From Vicinamibacteria bacterium (GTDB lineage Bacteria; Acidobacteriota; Vicinamibacteria; Marinacidobacterales; Marinacidobacteraceae): 64,000 nt of DNA. Within the stretch, counting starts at the first letter, position 1. The number at the start of each line of letters is the position of its first letter. Shown here piece by piece: positions 11,523-20,951 of this stretch. The DNA lies in assembly GCA_963422395.1 (NCBI GenBank), contig OY729431.1:2496001-2560000 (forward strand). Direction: 5' to 3'. A model generated the notes under the pieces. That model was not told the DNA's origin. It saw nothing but the letters and a program-made list of their open reading frames with translations, and did not search any database. Both the position numbers and the translations under genes were made by a program.

Positions 11523-12059
11523 ATGTCCATTGCCAGACTCCCCCACCCGCTTCTCGTCGGCGCTGCACTTCTGACCGCCGGCTGTGTCGCTCCTCCTCCC
11601 GGAGGCGGAGGAAGCGGAGGAGGAATGGCCGCCGAAGCGCCCGATCTGACGCTGATGCTCGTGGACGGCAGCCGGGATTTGAGCCTGCTCGCGGACGGCG
11701 GCGGAAAGGTGGTCCTCGTGGACCTCTGGGCGACCTGGTGTGTTCCCTGCGTCGCCGAACTCCCACACCTGCAACAGCTCTCCGAGTCGCTGCCGGAGGA
11801 GGATTTCCTGATGCTGGGCATCGTGCTGGAATCCGGAGACCCCGAAGATGTCGCGCCGTTCATCGCGGAGAAGGGCCTCAGCTACCCGAACGTGATGGGG
11901 TCCAACGAGGCCCGCGACGCCTTCGGCCCCTTCCTCGGCTATCCGACGAAGTACCTCATCGATCGCAACGGAAAGCTCGTGAAGCGGTATTTCGGTGCGG
12001 TCGGAGAGACCCTGGACGAAGAGATCGGCAAACTCCTCGAGAACGGCACCCTCGACTGA
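11523..12059 (+). CDS. TlpA-family thiol:disulfide reductase lipoprotein
   Basis: Lipobox LTAGC, DLWATWCVPC, YPTKYLIDRNG. Confidence 0.9.
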   Translation: MSIARLPHPLLVGAALLTAGCVAPPPGGGGSGGGMAAEAPDLTLMLVDGSRDLSLLADGGGKVVLVDLWATWCVPCVAELPHLQQLSESLPEEDFLMLGIVLESGDPEDVAPFIAEKGLSYPNVMGSNEARDAFGPFLGYPTKYLIDRNGKLVKRYFGAVGETLDEEIGKLLENGTLD

Positions 12060-12179
12060 CCCACACCGCGGCGCTGCCGCGCCCCCGGCAGCTGCGGCCT
12101 CCGCCCCGCGGCTCCACACCTGCTGTGCCCGAAGCGAAGCTTCGGGTGCGGCGCAGCGGGAGAAAGTGTGAAAGGGGGC

Positions 12180-13046
12180 CTAGCAGCCCGTGGAAAAACT
12201 ACCCTAATCGGTGAGGATCAGCGGCCCCGGAGGGGGTGCCGTGATCGGCGCAGTACGGCGTGCGGGCGCGGTCTGCGCGGGAAAACCGCCCGACAGGGCG
12301 CTATCCAGGCCCAGGCGGGCGGTTCCCGGCTCCGGTAGGCGAAAATGAGAGCGAAAAGCGCGCCGCCGAACGCCGCCGCGCGCCCCTGCAGTCGTCGCGG
12401 CTTGCCGATTCCGCACCGGTGGCGCATCAGCAGCCCGAGGTCGAAGCCCGCTGCCTGGATCAACAGCCGCTTCCCGATGTTCCCCCGTCCGCGCAAATAC
12501 AGCCGCCGCATCCCCCCGGTCTCGTAACCGTGCGCAAACGAGCGCTCCACCAACTCGCCCCGCCGGCGCAGCAGGCGCTTCCCGTGCTCACCACGAACGC
12601 GCCGCCGATTCGCAACCACCGCCCGGCGCTCCTCCTCCTTCCCCCGCCAGCTCCAAAGGCCTCGCTTCGGCTCCGATACATACGAACGCACCCCCTCCCG
12701 CCGCAGACGCAACCGCGTCGCGTTGCTGTGATACTCCTTGTCGCACACCAGCTCTCGCGGACCAGCCGGTTCCCCGACCGCCGACGCCAGCGCCCCGCTC
12801 TCCCGGTCCAACCGCATCGAATCCGGACTCTTCCAGAATCCGGTTCAGCCGCTCGTAGAACGGATCCCCCGCGCTTCGAGGAAGACTCGCCGTCGAAGTC
12901 CAGGATGTCCGGCGCTGCTCAACCCGACGCAATCCCATAGCCATACACACATACGGCCAAACTGACCCCGCTCGGTCGAGAGCTCCTGGTTCGCCGGGCG
13001 CCTCCCCGATCTTGGGGCTCGCGCCACTTCATCCACAGGCTGCCAG
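12180..13046 (-). mobile_element. Internally deleted IS (IS1182/IS5-like DDE transposase remnant) with terminal inverted repeats
   Basis: TIRs GCAGCCCGTGGAAAAA and TTCATCCACAGGCTGC, flanked by CTAG/CCAG. N-terminal fragment MAMG..LPRSAGDPFYERLNRILEESGFD is joined out of frame to a C-terminal fragment DKEYHSN..RRRGELVERSFAHGYETGGMRR. Confidence 0.85.
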
Positions 13047-14447
13047 GAGGCCGGCAGCGAGGAAGGCCGCGGCGGCGGCGAATCCTCCCAGCAGCGCGTA
13101 AGGCAGCTGGGTATTCACATGGTCCACCAGGTCGGAGCCCGAGGCCATCGAAGCGATGATCGTGGTATCGGAGATGGGCGAACAGTGGTCACCGAAGATG
13201 CCGCCGGAGAGCACCGCGCCGGTGACCAGCGAAATGTCGAGCCCGAGTGTCGAAACCGCCGGGATCGCCAGCGGCAGCATGATAGCGAAGGTGCCCCAGG
13301 AGGTCCCCGTCGAGAAGGCCGTCGCCGCGCTCACCGCGAAGAGGACCGCCGGCAGGAGCCAGGCGGGCATCGCCGCTCCCGCGAGTTCCGCGAGATAGAC
13401 CCCGGCGCCGAGGTCCCGCGCCACCCCGGAGATCGCGAAGGCGAGCAGCAGCACCGTGACCACCGGCACCATTCCGGAAGCTCCCTGCACCACCAGGTCC
13501 ACGCTCTCGGAAAGCCGCAGCACCCGCTGGAAGAGCCCGAGCAGGGCGGCGGCCGCGACGGCGGCGAGAACCGCCCAGAGCACGGAAACGCCCCCGTCCC
13601 CGGCGAGCAGGTCCCCTTCCCCGGTGATCCAGAGCCCGAGGAAGATCATCGCGAGCAGGATCGCCAGCGGAACGACCAGGTTTCGCGCCCGATGGGGAAC
13701 GCCAGGTCCGGGGGGCAGTGCGAGCACTTCGGTGGAAACCAGCGGGCGGGCGCCTTTCCGGAGGACCTGGCCGGTCTCCCGCGCCCGCCGCTGGGCGCGC
13801 GCCATCGGGCCGAAGTCCCGCCCCGAGAGGCCGAAGACGAAGGCCAGCGCGAGCGCGGCGAGTGCGTAGAAATTGAACGGGATGCTGCTCACCAGCACTG
13901 AAACGCCGCGTTCGACTCCGAGCGTCCCCAGGACGCCGATCACGAGCGCTCCCCAGCCGTTCATCGGGATCAGGATGCAAACCGGCGCCGAGGTGGAGTC
14001 GGTGAGATAGGCCAGCTTCTCCCGCGAGAGGCGGAAGCGGTCGAACAGGGGCCGCGACACCGTGCCGCTGACCAGGCAGGTGATGCTCGATTCGACGAAG
14101 ATGCCCAGTCCGAGCAGCAGGGCGAGCGCCTGGGCGCCCCGCGGCCCGCTGACCAGCCGGCGCGAGGTGACCCAATGGACGAAGCCGGTGATCCCGCCGG
14201 TGCGTCCGACGAGCGCCAGCACTGCACCGACCAGGGTGCTGAAAAGCAGGATGGACGGATTTTCGGAAAATGCGGTGGTGATCCGGGTCACGGTGGCGGC
14301 CAGCGCCGAGAAGGGATTCCCGCCAACGAGGAGCAGCTCGCCGAACACCACCCCGGCCAGCAGCGCCAGCACCGCCTGCCTCGTTGTCAGGGCGACGAGA
14401 ATCGCGAGGATCGGGGGAAGGATGCTGAGGAAGCCGAGGTCGTCCAC
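13029..14447 (-). CDS. Na+/H+ antiporter NhaC-family membrane protein
   Basis: LSILPPILAI, SREKLAYLTDSTSAP, FSTGTSWGTFAIM, GDHCSPISDTTIIAS, HVNTQLPYAL. Confidence 0.9.
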   Translation of the reverse strand: MDDLGFLSILPPILAILVALTTRQAVLALLAGVVFGELLLVGGNPFSALAATVTRITTAFSENPSILLFSTLVGAVLALVGRTGGITGFVHWVTSRRLVSGPRGAQALALLLGLGIFVESSITCLVSGTVSRPLFDRFRLSREKLAYLTDSTSAPVCILIPMNGWGALVIGVLGTLGVERGVSVLVSSIPFNFYALAALALAFVFGLSGRDFGPMARAQRRARETGQVLRKGARPLVSTEVLALPPGPGVPHRARNLVVPLAILLAMIFLGLWITGEGDLLAGDGGVSVLWAVLAAVAAAALLGLFQRVLRLSESVDLVVQGASGMVPVVTVLLLAFAISGVARDLGAGVYLAELAGAAMPAWLLPAVLFAVSAATAFSTGTSWGTFAIMLPLAIPAVSTLGLDISLVTGAVLSGGIFGDHCSPISDTTIIASMASGSDLVDHVNTQLPYALLGGFAAAAAFLAAGLLAACG

Positions 14448-14694
14448 GAGTGGGGAACTCCTTTTCGAGTCTGGTTGGCGGAGTCAGCCTCTCGTTCGGG
14501 TACGGCTGAGAGAGGAATCCGCGCTACGGCCCGCACCGAGCGGCCGAGCGTCGGCGGGCCGCCTGCCCACCTTCACGGAGGCGGGGCGTTGTCCGCGGGC
14601 GGCAATCGTTGCATGGCGGCGACGGTACACTCTCCCGCGGATCGGAACCGCCTCCTTCGGGCGGCGCTTCCGGACGATTCGGCGACGGAGATCC

Positions 14695-16188
14695 TTGGAA
14701 GAACGAAACAAGACGCTACGGCCGGGGAGGGACCGGGGGGCTTCCGACACCGAGCCTGTCCGGCGGTCCGATCGGCAGGCAGGTAGGCAGCCCGCCGGTG
14801 AAGCGAGATCGCCGGAGTCGCGCCGGGACTCGAAACGGCAGGCGAGCCGGGAACGCGCCGGAGGACGAGGACCACACCCCACCGGACCGTCTCCGGCTGA
14901 GATCGACGGGGTACGCATCGTTCGGGATGCGGCCGGGCTCGAGACGCTCATCGGCGAGGTGCGTGCTCAGGGGGAGTTCGCCCTCGACACCGAGTTCATC
15001 CCGGAGAATCGCCTCTTCCCTGAACTCGGGCTGGTCCAGATCGCTTCGCCAGGGGTGGAAGCGGTCGTGGACCCACTCGAAATCGAGGATCTGGGTCCGC
15101 TCTTCGCGCTGGTCGCAGATCCCGCGATCCAGAAAGTCGTCCATTCGGGCAAGCACGACTTCGACATCTTCTACGCGCTGGCTTCGGTCGTGCCGCAGAA
15201 TGTCTTCGACACCCAGATCGCCGCCGCGGTGATCGGCCACGGCAAGAAGGTGCAGGTTGCGCTCCGGACGCTGGTCGCGGGTTTCGTGGGCCGCGAGCTC
15301 TCGAAACAGGAGCAGATGTCCAACTGGCTGCGGCGTCCGCTGACGCCCCGCCAAGTGGAGTACGCGATCGCCGATGTCCGCTATCTCCTGCCGCTTCGGG
15401 CCAAGCTCATCGCGCGGGCGACCGCGCTCGGCCGACAGGACTGGTTGGACGAGGAGATGAAGCCGCTGACTATCGAGTCCGCTTACCAGCTGCCGCCGGT
15501 CGAGGAGTGTTACCGCGCCCTCGACGCGCCCGGCCTCACGCCCTCGCAGCGCGGTTCGCTCCGAGAACTGGCCGCTTGGAGAGAACGGCGCGCCCGGGCT
15601 TCCAACCGACCCCGCGGTTGGATCCTCAAGGACGGAGCGGTCCGCGACCTGGCGCGCCGCCAGCCACGGAACCGGGAACAGCTGTTGGCACCCTACGAAT
15701 CCACCGGCGGCCGGCCGCCGAAGGGAGACCCGAGAACCGTCCAGCAGACGCGCGGGGCTCTGCAAAAGAACGCCGAAAAGGTACTCCGCCTGCTCGAAGC
15801 CGGCGCTTCTTGCCCGATTCCCTTCACCGGAACCGGGAAACAGGAGCGCCGCTCCGCTCCCGAGTCGCTGGCCCTGTTGCTGGAGACCTGGCTCAAGCTG
15901 CGCGCCGCCGAGCACGGAGTCGCCCCCGAACTGCTGGCCACCCAGGAGGAGTTGCGCGCCATCGCTGCCGCCTGGCCGGAAGAGCCTCCCAGTGCGCGGC
16001 CGCTCACCGGATACCGCCGCCGTGTCCTGGGCAACGACTTGCTCCTCATTCTCTCCGGACAGGCGGTCATCCAGGTGGGCGCCAAGGGGAAACAGCCCGG
16101 CGAGCGGCCTCCGATCCGGCTCGCGCGTCTCGGCCGCCTCGGCCGGTTCGTCCTCCGGGACTACGGCAAAGGGAATGGGCCCCGATGA
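14695..16188 (+). CDS. rnd: Ribonuclease D (3'-5' exonuclease plus HRDC)
   Basis: ALDTEF, LVQIA, KVVHSGKHD, FDTQIAA, SNWLRRPLT..YAIADV, HRDC LAAWRERRAR. Start put at TTG 14695 after GGAG. Confidence 0.88.
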   Translation: MEERNKTLRPGRDRGASDTEPVRRSDRQAGRQPAGEARSPESRRDSKRQASRERAGGRGPHPTGPSPAEIDGVRIVRDAAGLETLIGEVRAQGEFALDTEFIPENRLFPELGLVQIASPGVEAVVDPLEIEDLGPLFALVADPAIQKVVHSGKHDFDIFYALASVVPQNVFDTQIAAAVIGHGKKVQVALRTLVAGFVGRELSKQEQMSNWLRRPLTPRQVEYAIADVRYLLPLRAKLIARATALGRQDWLDEEMKPLTIESAYQLPPVEECYRALDAPGLTPSQRGSLRELAAWRERRARASNRPRGWILKDGAVRDLARRQPRNREQLLAPYESTGGRPPKGDPRTVQQTRGALQKNAEKVLRLLEAGASCPIPFTGTGKQERRSAPESLALLLETWLKLRAAEHGVAPELLATQEELRAIAAAWPEEPPSARPLTGYRRRVLGNDLLLILSGQAVIQVGAKGKQPGERPPIRLARLGRLGRFVLRDYGKGNGPR

Positions 16189-16217
16189 ACGAGCTGTCCC
16201 CGATCCTCGCACCGGCC

Positions 16218-16413
16218 CTAGCAGCCTGTGGACGAAGTCACACGGCCAAAGGTCGGCGATGCCCAGTCCTCCCGGTGGGGGCCCCGGCTGAACCGCTTCG
16301 CTCGGCGCTGCGATTCCGTCGGAATACACCCGGTATGCCTCCCGAATCGCGCCTTGTCCGCCGGGCGCCTCCCCGACCTTGGGGCTCGCGCCACTTCATC
16401 CACAGACTGCTAG
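16218..16413. mobile_element. MITE (~196 bp) derived from the IS at 12180-13046
   Basis: CTAG at both ends; TIRs GCAGCCTGTGGACGAAGT and ACTTCATCCACAGACTGC; last ~50 bp nearly identical to 12992-13043; no coding capacity. Confidence 0.85.
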
Positions 16414-16474
16414 TCCATGCTCTCGCCGCTGTCGACCGCAGAACGGCGAAGCCTCTTCCCGCTCCGCTTTCATC

Positions 16475-17779
16475 ATGAAGAACACTCCCTGGTACCGCAA
16501 GCTGTGGGTGCAGATCCTCGCGGGTCTCGCCCTGGGCGTCGTGTACGGCGCCTTCGCCGCCGCCGCCGGCTGGACGGAGTTCACCGAGGACTTCATCGCG
16601 CCGTTCGGGGTGGTTTTCTTCAACGGCCTGCAGCTGATCGCGGTGCCGCTCGTTCTCGCCTCGCTCATCATCGGGGTGTCCTCGCTCAGCGACATGCGCA
16701 AGGTGAGCCGGATCGGCGGAAAGACGATCGCCATCTATGTGGCGACCACCGCGATCTCGGTCACCATCGGCCTCGCCTACGCCAATCTGCTGCGGCCCGG
16801 CGACCAGGTGCCGGAAGCGCTCCAGCAGGAACTCTCCGAACAGTACCGGGAGGCCGCGGAGGGGCGGGAGGGCCAGGCGGCCCGCCTGATGGAAGAGCGC
16901 GGTCCGCTCAGCTTCCTACTCGACATCGTGCCCTCGAACGCGGTGTCTTCGGCCTCGAACAACCGGAACATGCTCCAGGTTGTGTTCCTGGCGCTGCTGT
17001 TCGGCATCGCGCTGCTCCGGATCCCGCAGGAGAAGGCAGCGCCGCTGATCGGCTTCTTCAAGGGACTCGAAGCGGTCGTCGTCGAATTCGTCGGAATCGT
17101 GATGCGGATGGCGCCGCTCGGAGTGTTCGCGCTCATCGCCCGCGCCATCACCGGGATGGCCGGAGACGACCCGCAGCAGGTCGCGCAACTGCTCGGCGCG
17201 CTCGGGTTCTACTGCTTCGTGGTGATCGCCGGACTCGCGACCCAGATGCTGGTCGTCTATCCGCTGATCCTGAAGCTCTTCACTCCGATCCGTTGGCGGC
17301 GCTTCTTCCCCGCGGCCGGCCAGGTGCAGCTGGTCGCGTTCTCGACGAGTTCCAGCGGCGCCACTCTCCCGGTGACGATGGATCGCGCCCAGCGCGATCT
17401 GGGAGTGTCCGAGGAGGTTTCGTCGTTCGTCCTTCCGCTCGGAGCCACGATCAACATGGACGGCACCGCGCTCTACCAGGCGGCGGCGGCGATCTTCATC
17501 GCGCAGTCTCTCGGAATGTCCATCGGTCTCGAGGGGCAGCTGGCCATCGTGCTCACCGCGGTGCTCGTCTCGATCGGGACGGCGGCGGTCCCGGGCGCGG
17601 GGATCATCATGCTGGTCATCATCCTGCAGGCCATCGGAGTGCCCACCGAGGGGGTGGCGCTCATCCTCGGAGTGGACCGCATCCTCGACATGATGCGGAC
17701 CGCTACGAATGTCACCGGTGACCTGACGGTCGCTTCGGTGGTCGCCGCCTCGGAAAACCAGCTCTCGATCCGGAAGTGA
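16475..17779 (+). CDS. Dicarboxylate/amino acid:cation symporter (GltP/DctA family)
   Basis: AFSTSSSGATLP, PLGATINMDGTALY, GVDRILDMMRTATNVTGD. Confidence 0.95.
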   Translation: MKNTPWYRKLWVQILAGLALGVVYGAFAAAAGWTEFTEDFIAPFGVVFFNGLQLIAVPLVLASLIIGVSSLSDMRKVSRIGGKTIAIYVATTAISVTIGLAYANLLRPGDQVPEALQQELSEQYREAAEGREGQAARLMEERGPLSFLLDIVPSNAVSSASNNRNMLQVVFLALLFGIALLRIPQEKAAPLIGFFKGLEAVVVEFVGIVMRMAPLGVFALIARAITGMAGDDPQQVAQLLGALGFYCFVVIAGLATQMLVVYPLILKLFTPIRWRRFFPAAGQVQLVAFSTSSSGATLPVTMDRAQRDLGVSEEVSSFVLPLGATINMDGTALYQAAAAIFIAQSLGMSIGLEGQLAIVLTAVLVSIGTAAVPGAGIIMLVIILQAIGVPTEGVALILGVDRILDMMRTATNVTGDLTVASVVAASENQLSIRK

Positions 17780-17862
17780 GAAGCGGGAGGGTGGTTTGAC
17801 CGCTATCGCTCTTCATCTCTCTCGAAGGGCCCCTCTGTCTGGTATAGCCTTGCCCGAGTCGC

Positions 17863-18340
17863 ATGTCCGCTACCAACTTCAACACCCGCAACGACACTTG
17901 GCGCAAACTGATGGCGAACGGCTTGAGTTACCGGGTGCCGAGGTTCCATAAGGGACTACAACTGGGGCCCGGAAGAGTGGGAGGATCTCTGGCAGGACAT
18001 CCTCGCCACCGTCGCACCGGGAGGCGAACCGGCTCATTACTTGGGCTACCTGGTTCTGCGCACCGACGACGAGAAACGCTTCGACGTCATTGACGGTCAG
18101 CAGCGCCTGACCACTCTCAGCATCCTGGTGCTGGCCGGGCTGCGCAGGCTCCGAGACACGATCGAAGCAGAGGAATCAGTCGAGGAGACGAAAAAGCGCC
18201 TCGATGGATTGCGCGGAGCGCACATCGGTTATATGGATCCGGTAACTCTGGTATCGGAAGCGAAACTGAAGCTGAATCGAAACAACGACCACTACTTCCA
18301 GACCTACCTGATACCTCTGGTTAAACCTTTGCCCCCGCGA
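17863..18340 (+). pseudogene. Frameshifted and truncated DUF262 (GmrSD-type N-terminal domain) gene
   Basis: YRVPRF(H/Q)-RDYNW..WEDLWQDI joined across a frameshift near 17950; VIDGQQRLTTL motif; cut off at the IS-end relic at ~18340. Confidence 0.85.
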
Positions 18341-18543
18341 TGACTGCAGGGGCGCGCGGCGGCGGTCGGCGCCGCGCTTTTCGCCTACCGGAGCCGGGAA
18401 ACGCCCGCCTGGGCCTGGATAGCGCCCTGTCGGGCGGTTTTCCCGCGCAGACCGCGCCCGCACGCCGTACTGCGCCGATCACGGCACCCCCTCCGGGGCC
18501 GCTGATCCTCACCGATTACAGCAGTTTTTCCACAGGCTGCTAA
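18336..18543 (+). mobile_element. Solo IS end (transposase 3' end plus TIR), inverted copy of ~12181-12395
   Basis: Near-identical reverse complement of the IS end at 12181 onward; ends TTTTTCCACAGGCTGC-TAA. Confidence 0.85.
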
Positions 18544-18573
18544 CCTGAGGCGGACGTACACTCCGCCCTCGCC

Positions 18574-19449
18574 ATGCCCGAAAACACCCTGCTCGACACT
18601 CTGGCAGAGGAGGCCCGGCCCCTGATCTCCGGAGAAGACGGCGAGGGCCCCGAACTCGTCCCCCTCGACCCGGAGCACCCGGGATTCCGCGACCCGGCCT
18701 ACCGCGCGCGCCGGAATGCCATCGCCCGCCTCGCCTTCGGCCACACACCGGGGGATCCGGCCCCAACGGTCGCCTACACCGACGAAGAGCACGGCGTCTG
18801 GCGGCAGGTGCGGGAGCTGCTCGACCCGCGGCACCGCGTCTCCGCCAATTCCGAATACCTCGAGTGCGCGGCCGCGGCGGCGCTCGATCCGGAGCGGATT
18901 CCACAACTCGAAGAAGTGAACGCGCGCATCCGTGCGATCAGTGGATTCCGGATGCAGCCGGTGGCGGGGCTGGTCACTGCGCGCGCTTTCCTCTCGTGCC
19001 TGGCGGACCGCATATTCCTCGCCACCCAGTACATCCGCCACCCGAGCCGTCCGCTCTATACCCCGGAGCCCGATGTCATCCACGAACTCGTGGGGCACGC
19101 CGCATCGTTCGCCCATCCGGCGTATTCCGAGTTGAGCGCACACTTCGGCCGCGCCGCGCGGGCGGCGGACGAGGAGGAGGTCGAGCGGATCGCCCGGCTC
19201 TACTGGTTCACCCTGGAGTTCGGAGCGGCTCTCGAAGACGGTACCCCCAAGGCCTACGGCGCCGGCCTCCTCTCCTCGGTCGGCGAACTGGACCGACTCG
19301 CCGAGGTCGAGCTGCGCCGCTTCGACTGCCGAACGATGGCGGAGACCCCGTTCGACCCAACGGATTTCCAGCCGTTCTATTTCGTGGCACCGAGCTTCGC
19401 CGCCATGAAGGAGGGAGTCAGCGCATACCTGCGCCGTTACGCCGACTGA
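18574..19449 (+). CDS. phhA: Phenylalanine-4-hydroxylase / biopterin-dependent aromatic amino acid hydroxylase
   Basis: HPGFRDPAYRARR, TQYIRH, YTPEPDVIHELVGH, LYWFTLEFG, KAYGAGLLSS. Confidence 0.93.
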   Translation: MPENTLLDTLAEEARPLISGEDGEGPELVPLDPEHPGFRDPAYRARRNAIARLAFGHTPGDPAPTVAYTDEEHGVWRQVRELLDPRHRVSANSEYLECAAAAALDPERIPQLEEVNARIRAISGFRMQPVAGLVTARAFLSCLADRIFLATQYIRHPSRPLYTPEPDVIHELVGHAASFAHPAYSELSAHFGRAARAADEEEVERIARLYWFTLEFGAALEDGTPKAYGAGLLSSVGELDRLAEVELRRFDCRTMAETPFDPTDFQPFYFVAPSFAAMKEGVSAYLRRYAD

Positions 19450-19477
19450 CCGCTCGGGCGCGCCGCGCTCTTTTCCA

Positions 19478-19915
19478 TCACTCGCTACCAGACCCTTTCG
19501 AGCGCGCAGCACGACCGACCCCGACTCCGACCCCGAGGGGGACGGAAGTCCAGAGTCCTAGTGCCAGAGGGAGACGAAGTCCCTCGATCGGAAGGAGGAA
19601 CGGGCCGTTCAGACGCCCGGTGAGGATCGCCGTGATCAGCCAGGCGCCGGCTCCGAATGTGATTCCGAGCCCGCCACCGAGAACGAGCCAGTCTCGAAAC
19701 CTCGACTCGAAGAGAGTCCCCAGCCGAGTTCCGATGTGCACCCAAACCGGGAAGCCGAGCAGTATCCCGAAGGAAACGCCGAAACCCATCCGCAGCACAT
19801 CCCACACGGACTCACGCTCTACGGCGACTCCCCACAGAACGAGCCCGATGAAGAAGCCCAACGCCAGGCTCACCCCTGGCCTCACGACACTTGGCGCTAC
19901 TTCGGTTACCGCCAT
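19478..19915 (-). CDS. Small Gly-rich four-TM membrane protein (candidate immunity or partner protein)
   Basis: About four hydrophobic segments; ATG at 19915 overlaps the TGA of the upstream peptide gene (TGATG). Confidence 0.65.
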   Translation of the reverse strand: MAVTEVAPSVVRPGVSLALGFFIGLVLWGVAVERESVWDVLRMGFGVSFGILLGFPVWVHIGTRLGTLFESRFRDWLVLGGGLGITFGAGAWLITAILTGRLNGPFLLPIEGLRLPLALGLWTSVPLGVGVGVGRAARSKGSGSE

Positions 19916-20208
19916 CAGATCCAACAGGTAGAAAGGCAGTTGCTGAATCGATTCAGACATGCGTTCACTTCTTCGAGGTGTCTGTCGTAGCACTGTTCCA
20001 AGCAATTTTTCGCACCCCAGAACCCGCATTGGCGTGCACATGTCTCAAGGTCATCTTCCGCTGTCCGAAGGCAGTCGGAAAGATTACCGCTGCACTCGGC
20101 CACACAGTCCTGCGGATTGGGTTGGGCACGACCGACAGCTGGAATTATGAGAAGAAGAAGAAGTCCGACATATGTGAGGGAGAATAGAAAAATTCGAAAA
20201 GTCTTCAT
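19915..20208 (-). CDS. Secreted 10-cysteine small protein (97 aa)
   Basis: AGGAG RBS before ATG 20208; Sec signal ending VGRA/Q; Cys spacing 3-6-10-3-7-3-10-6-3. Confidence 0.75.
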   Translation of the reverse strand: MKTFRIFLFSLTYVGLLLLLIIPAVGRAQPNPQDCVAECSGNLSDCLRTAEDDLETCARQCGFWGAKNCLEQCYDRHLEEVNACLNRFSNCLSTCWI

Positions 20209-20263
20209 GAGAGTTCTCCTGTTAGGCAGTTTCCGATGATCCATTTGGAAACAGCGGGAATCA

Positions 20264-20674
20264 CTATTCAGTCGAGAGCCGCTGCGACAGCATCTCGAAT
20301 CGTTTCACCTTCGCCTCCGTGAGGCTGGCAAGACGCGCCATCAGCTCAGCCAAATCCTCTTCTTGCATTCCACGCGTGCGAAGCATCGACTCGATTTCGC
20401 GGAATCTGGTTTCATAGAGGGCTCTGAGGTCGATCTCGGCACTCCTTCTGCTCGGGACGAGGGGAGGACCTGGTCCATCGAAGGCAACTGACGCTTCCGT
20501 AACCAGCGGCGCGTACGTCCGGGCAGTGGCCTCCGCCTGGCTCTGATCGACAGTCGCAATGGTTGGTGCCACGACCGAAGGGGTCGAGGTGTTTCCGGTA
20601 CTGTCGCAACCGGAACCGACCGACAGCGCCGCGAAGATCGCAACGAGAAGGACGAGGGGGTTCTTTCGGAACAT
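20264..20674 (-). CDS. Hypothetical lipoprotein
   Basis: GAGGAG RBS; MFRKNPLVLLVAIFAALSVGSGC lipoprotein-like signal; helical C-terminus. Confidence 0.65.
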   Translation of the reverse strand: MFRKNPLVLLVAIFAALSVGSGCDSTGNTSTPSVVAPTIATVDQSQAEATARTYAPLVTEASVAFDGPGPPLVPSRRSAEIDLRALYETRFREIESMLRTRGMQEEDLAELMARLASLTEAKVKRFEMLSQRLSTE

Positions 20675-20951
20675 GACGAGGGTCTCCTCTATGGAAAGTG
20701 TCAAGCCTTTGCTGATAGTTCGAGAAACCGGCCGAGTCGAGGACAACGGTTGCGAAGAATCACCCATCCTCGTGCGTCCTCGGTTGGGTCTCTACGAGTA
20801 CCAACTGGTTTAGCGTGCCCCAATCCAATTTTCAACAGCAGATCCCCCGAAAATATCCTTCAGGCTCGGGATGGACCGGATCGCCGTATGGATTTGACTT
20901 TCGGTCTGGTTGTCGCAAGACTGCAGGTGAGGACCTCGAAGAAGGACGCGA

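Noticed and set aside
12117-12170. Strong hairpin CCCGAAGC-GAA-GCTTCGGG after the TlpA gene
   Set aside because: No U-tract and no recognisable RNA family; cannot be called a terminator or ncRNA.
14450-14620. Possible glycine or lysine riboswitch upstream of the NhaC-family gene
   Set aside because: Only fragments (GAAGG, CTCTCAG, one hairpin); the full aptamer consensus could not be assembled. An Rfam scan would settle it.
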